64,000 nucleotides of DNA, taken from Malacoraja senta. Its lineage: Eukaryota. Made by a program: the position numbers and the translations under genes. This document shows, piece after piece, positions 58,621 through 64,000 of this stretch (positions within the stretch are counted from its first letter, which is position 1; every line of letters begins with the position of its first letter). Location: positions 33,356,001 through 33,420,000 of the forward strand of contig CM075982.1 in assembly GCA_038087875.1 (NCBI GenBank). The letters are read 5' to 3'. The notes below the pieces were generated by a model that was not told the DNA's origin, ran no database searches, and saw only the letters and a list, made by a program, of their open reading frames with translations.

Positions 58621-59100
58621 CGGTAAACACAAACTCAATTGATATTGCAGGGCTTAATGAGCAGATAAAACATTTGACGTGCAATATCAGACAGTTCTTA
58701 AATCAATGTTATCAAAAAAAGAGCGAGATGTGTAGAAAAGGGAATAAGCCTCATAAATATTTTTTTGAAGGAAGTGTGTATTCGCAGACCTTATTAAAAG
58801 ACGATAAAATGATTCGTTGAGAGAATAAGAAATGTATCCGAGATGAATATTGGGAGCGCGTGTGTTCCACCTACTCTATTCGCCCAAATACAAGGGTATA
58901 TGCTACAGTTAGCTGGCACCGGGTTCCCGGCGTGTACAGAATAACACCTTCTGTATAAATTTAAATATGCCGCACGGTAGGAACATGAGGCATGGATCGC
59001 GGTGACTAACCCAGATCACGCCAGAATATATCGCGGGTAACCAACTCACAGGGGTGAGAACCCACCTATGCCAGTGACAAGGGGAACATTGGACTTATTC

Positions 59101-59337
59101 ATAGACACAATACTGCAGTAACTCAGCGGGTCAGGAAGCAATCCCTGGAGAAAAGAAATAGGTGACGTTTCGGGTCAAGAACATTCCTCAGACGGTCCGT
59201 TCTTCAGATCTGAAGTGTGGTCTCGACCTGATAGGTCGCCTATTCCTTTTCTCTATAGACGCTGCCTGACCCGCTGAGTTACTCTAGCAGTTTGAATCTA
59301 TTTTCGGCGTAAACCACTATCTGCAGTTCTTTCCTAC
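59101..59337. mobile_element. Fold-back Penelope-derived short element, 13-15-bp TSD
   Basis: Arms GTAACTCAGCGGGTCAGG / CCTGACCCGCTGAGTTAC. ACATTGGACTTAT at 59086-59098 and 59338-59350. Confidence 0.78.
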
Positions 59338-59764
59338 ACATTGGACTTATCCATGTGATCCTATTAATATAGTGGAATCCAGTGTTGGTTTACTCATTAT
59401 AATAACTGTCCACTTGCGGTGGATATGAATACCGAGGCCTCTTTCGCCAGCATTGCATTTTCTCAGGGCAAATATTATGTGGCAACATCAACCCAGTGGT
59501 ATACCAAAGGAGTAATTAACTGTACCGTGCTTGGACACAACCTGGTCATAGCACACTCCATCGAAGGACAAACACCGCCAATTTCAAGGAATGGTGTGGA
59601 ATATGGAAAGTTCGATATAACATTCAATGCCACCAGTGCCTGCTGCCGGAAGACAACAAAAAATAAGGCAAATAGACCCATGAATGGTCAGTGTGCGACA
59701 AACGTATTCGTCCTCAAGCAAACCAAGCGGACAAAATAATACGTTAACAGGTTATATAAGGAAA

Positions 59765-60160
59765 ATAAGACAGACACAAAAAGACGGAGTACCTCAACGA
59801 GTCAGGCAGCATCTCTGGAGAAATGGGATAGGTGACGTTTCTGGTTAAGACCCTTCTTTAGACTCAGAATCAAGGGAAAGGGACGCACGAGATATAGAAG
59901 TTGATATAAAGAAATAGAACAAATAAATTAAAGATATACAAAAAAGTAATGACGATATAGGAAAGGCTATTCTTAGCTGTGGTCTAGGTGTTTTATAGCC
60001 AATGAGAATCAATAAGATGATTATGAAGCTAGCACAAACCTGGGTGGGGATGGGCGGAGAGAGAGGGAAAGCAGGAGTTACTTGGTTAGGGAAGTCAATA
60101 TTCACACCACTAGGTTTTAATCTGCCCAAGCGAAAAATTAGGTGCTGTTCCTCCAATTTA
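59765..60160 (-). mobile_element. Penelope-like 3' fragment (GIY-YIG end plus pseudo-LTR); similar fragments at about 57180-57320 (-) and about 61020-61260 (+)
   Basis: LEEQHLIFRLGRLKPSGVNIDFPN. Confidence 0.75.
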
Positions 60161-61519
60161 AGGAGGAAGTTTCAGAAAATAACCCGGAACTGGGGATTGG
60201 TTGGAATCAATGGGTTCGAATTCTATTCCATATTTTAGAAGTGGTTCAATTAGTGGTATTGGTAAGGAAAAAAATGAAGATTTACAGATGAAATAAAGTT
60301 GAGGATTGGGACAACAAAGGGGACCATGTTGAATACTTGATACTAAATTAAGGTTAAATTGTACATCCGTTGAAACCCTTCTGAAGCACCAACCAGAAGG
60401 CATGGTACACATTGATGGCCTATTGAGCACGTCGCGATCAAGGAGGGGAGAAGAGGGTGGACGTCAAAGGACCCAATGGGCCATGGCAGACAATGGGTTA
60501 ACGTGGATAGTGGGCTAAGGCAGATCACCCCAAGATGGAAGACGACCCCCTCAGCTAGGGTCAGGGCTCTCAGGGAAACCTGTTGAAACGGGATTCTGTC
60601 AGCCTCCATGTCGAGTTGCAAATGAAGTGACATTAATTTATCCTACGATACTGCCAAGCAACAATTCCATTGACTCCAGGGGGAGGATAAATGTAGATAA
60701 TGGGTAGTATAAAAAGTGACGTCTACTTTCTATTTCAGCGCATCTGTCCCAGGACCGGAGAACAATTGTTCGGACATGGGTCTTCCAAATTGGCCAATTT
60801 GTAAACAAGGGAGTTTGTTCTGAAAATAAACCCCGCACTCCACGTGGATTATTCCTGCTACACTTCCTGTCGGTGGGGCCTGTGTATGGGGTGTGAACCC
60901 GAAGCAGCGGTAGGAAACTCACTGAATATTGTCGAAGGAAAGGGGGTGTGACAGGATGGGTTCTGATTAGGTTAGTTGAATTAGATTGAATTATTATACC
61001 GCTAAGATGTAACCCGGTTTTACATCGGCGAAATAGGCGCCCGTTTTGCTGAACACATGCTTCGTCAGAGACATGCTGAATCTTCCGCTTGCAAACCATT
61101 TTTACTCCCCTTTGCGTACTCATGCTAACCTTTCTGCCCCTGTCCTTCACCATTGGCAGAGTGAGGTCAAACGCCAACTGGAGAAACAGCACCTCACATT
61201 TCACAAGTAGCTACATGCTCACCTGCATCCAGCCAGACTCTGTCCAGCCCCCGCCTCTCTTCCAGCTTTCTCCTAGTAATCGACAAGCTGCACTTACTCA
61301 AGTTGTTTTCACTGTGGTTATTTGGTTGTGGAATCTGAGACCAGACAAAGTATTAATCATACAAGTTTTATTACGGAATCTATACTTAACAACTTTTACT
61401 TAACCTTAGAGGACCCCCAGTCAGTGGCTGGTGGCTGTGTTCGTAGCAGGGCTCTCAGTCTTCCCTTGGCACCGGTCGTGATCCAGTCCGCGGGTGCAGT
61501 CCTGTGAGCTCATGTTTTT

Positions 61520-61830
61520 TAAAGTTTCTGTTTCAGAGATATAGCGCACAAACAGGCCATTCGGCCCACCGATTCTGCACCATCCAGCGATCCCAGCACG
61601 TGAACACTATCCTACACACACTAGGGACAATTTACATTTATATCAAGTTAATTGACTTGTACTGTTGGAGTGTGGGAGGAAGCCGAAGATCTCGGAGAAA
61701 ACCCACGCAGGTCACGGGGAGAACGTATAAACTCCGTACATACAGCACCCGTGGTCGGGATTGAACCTGGGACACGGGTCTCTGGCGCAAAATGACAACA
61801 GCTCTTCTGATGCACCATCGTCCTGTGCAG
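61520..61830 (-). mobile_element. tRNA-derived SINE
   Basis: GGTTCAATCCCGACC B-box-like motif on the minus strand; core and tail as 35520-35825. Confidence 0.78.
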
Positions 61831-62099
61831 CGCATTTTAATATATATAATAGCCCGAGTTTCTATACTAACCTAAGAACAACAGTTGAAACAATGCTTTC
61901 AAACTTGCAATCATTCTTAGTATCGAAAACAAGAATTATTTGTTGCAACATGCGCCAAACTAGTCTCGGATATCTCTGGGAAGACAGTGGTTTAACTTTG
62001 TGACCTTTCACGCGTCGTCATGATTTATTGTGTCATCTGGGCGTGTGCGGACGTGGCGTCGAAGGACGTAAACCCGAAGCAAAGAAGTGTAAGCCAAAT

Positions 62100-62320
62100 A
62101 ACCGAATGGAAACGAAGCCGAAACGCCAATAACCGAAAGTGTACGAAGCCGAAACGCCAACTAACCGAAAGGGTGGGATGCCTAAAAGCAAACTAACCGA
62201 AATGGCGAGACGCCTAAAAGCCAACTAACCGAAAGGCTACGTCGCCTAAAAGCAAACTCACCGAATGGCCGCTCTGCCGAAACGCCACCTACCAGAAGGT
62301 ATGCATCGGCTACAAGCCAA
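62100..62320. repeat. 32-bp-period array with constant 22-bp repeat and variable 10-bp insert (6-7 units)
   Basis: AACCGAA-[N10]-GCC(G/T)AAA(C/A)GC(C/A)AACT repeated; each N10 is different. Confidence 0.85.
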
Positions 62321-62419
62321 CGAACTGAATGCCGCTCAACAGAAAAGTAAAATAACGGTCATGACGTTGCTGGGGGGCGGGACTTGTCAGCGATTGGTCC
62401 AGACCCCCGCGGCCATCAC

Positions 62420-64000
62420 ATAGAAACATAGAAACATAGAAAATAGGTGCAGGAGTAGGCCATTCGGCCCTTCGAGCCTGCACCACCATTCTGTATGATC
62501 ATGGCTGATCATCCAACTCAGTATCCTGTACCTGCCTTCTCTCCATACCCCCTGATCCCTTTAGCCACAAGGGCCATATCTAACTCCCTCTTAAATATAG
62601 CCAATGAACTGGCCTCAACTACCTTCTGTGGCAGAGAATTCCACAGATTCACCCAAATCTCTGTGTGAAAAATTATTTTCTCATCTCTGTCCTAAAAGAC
62701 TTTCCCCTTATCCTTAAACTGTGACCCCTTGTTCTGGACTTCCCCAACATCGGGAACAATCTTCCTGCATCTAGCCTGTCCAACCCCTTAAGAATTTTAT
62801 AAGTTTCTATAAGATCCCCCCTCAATCTTCTAAATTCTACCGAGTACAAGCCGAGTCTATCCAGTCTTTCTTCATATGAAAGTCTTGCCATCCCAGGAAT
62901 CAGTCTGGTGAACCTTCTCTGTACTCCCTCTATGGCAAGAATGTCTTTCCTCAGATTCGGTGACCAAAACTGTACGCAATACTCCAGGTGTGGCCTCACC
63001 AAGACCCTGTACAACTGCAGTAGAACCTCCCTGCTCTTATACTCAAATCCTTTTGCCATGAATGCTAACATACCATTCGCTTTCTTCACTGCCAGCTGCA
63101 CCGGCATGCCTACTTTCAATGCCTGGTGTACCATGACACCCAGATCTCGTTGCATCTCCCCTTTTCCTAATCGGCCACCATTCAGATAATAGTCTACTTT
63201 CCTGTTTTTGCCACCAACGTGGATAACCTCACATTTATCCACATTATACTGCATCTGCCATGCATTTGCCAACTCACCCAACCTATCCAAAGTCACCTTG
63301 CAGCCTCCTAGTTGCTCCTCACAGCTAACACTGCCCGCCAGCTTCGTGTCATCCGCAAACCTGGAGATGTTGCATTCAATTCCCTCATCTAGATCATTAA
63401 TATATATTGTAAATAGCTGAGGTCCCAGCATTGAGCCTTGCGGTACCCCACTAGTCACTGCCTGACATTCTGAAAAGGACCCGTTTACTCCTACCCTTTG
63501 CTTCCTGTCTGCTAGCCAGTTTTCTATCCACGTCAATATTGAACCCCCAATACCGTGTGCTTTAAGTTTGCATAATAATCTCTTATGTGGGACCTTGTCG
63601 AAAGCCTTCTGAAAATCCAGATATAACACATCCACTGGTTCTCCCTTATTCACTCTACTAGTTACATCCTCGAAAAATTCTGTAAGATTCGTCAGACATG
63701 ATTTACCTTTCATAAATCCATGCTGAATTTGTCCAATGATTTCACCACTTTCCAAATGTGCTGCAATCCCATCTTTAATAGCTAGCATTTTCCCCACTAC
63801 CGATGTTAGACTACCTGGTCTGTAATTCCCCGTTTTCTCTCTCCCTCCCTTTTTAAAAAGTGGGGTTACATCAGTTACCCTCCAATCCTCAGGAACTACT
63901 CCAGAATCTAAAGAGTTCTGAAAAATTATCACTAATGCATCCACTATTTCTGGGGTTACTTCCTTAAGTACTCTGGGATGCAGCCTGTCTTGCCCTGGGG
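62420..64000 (-). mobile_element. CR1 ORF2 RT and 3' tail, running off the window end
   Basis: ORF 62673-63944 with YLDFQKAFD, GVPQGSMLGP, FADD; (CTATGTTT)n tail. Confidence 0.93.

Noticed and set aside
62100-62320. CRISPR array
   Set aside because: Vertebrate context, 10-bp spacers, degenerate non-palindromic repeats, no cas genes.

Overview
Repeat-dense vertebrate DNA, most likely from a cartilaginous fish (skate/ray type). This is inferred from the Ig light-chain class and the CR1/SINE tails; species is not determinable by eye. The only host gene I can support is a complete three-exon Ig light chain (33697-36274, +) of the type I / NS5 / sigma-cart class. Its V and J are already joined in genomic DNA: no RSS, in-frame CDR3, leader and J-C introns intact. 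The rest is a deeply nested mobile-element landscape. It includes many CR1 LINE copies (one full-length with intact ORF1 and ORF2 at 51764-56145, a second intact ORF2 at 47881-50817), L2, L1/Tx1 and Rex1-like fragments, tRNA-derived SINEs, and Penelope-like elements with hammerhead-like motifs. There are two decayed class I/epsilon-like endogenous retroviruses (10665-17020 +; 41335-56256 -, with both LTRs and a tRNA-Ser PBS). A hAT-like element carries an atypical 6-bp TSD and a 28-bp TIR-only mini-element. Two non-autonomous Helitrons carry a 48-bp minisatellite; one (25550-30866) has perfect A|TC...hairpin-CTAG|T junctions and ends 2.8 kb upstream of the Ig gene. Two assembly gaps: 8863-9075 and 30289-30687. 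Most boundaries of decayed repeats are approximate. No database searches were run.
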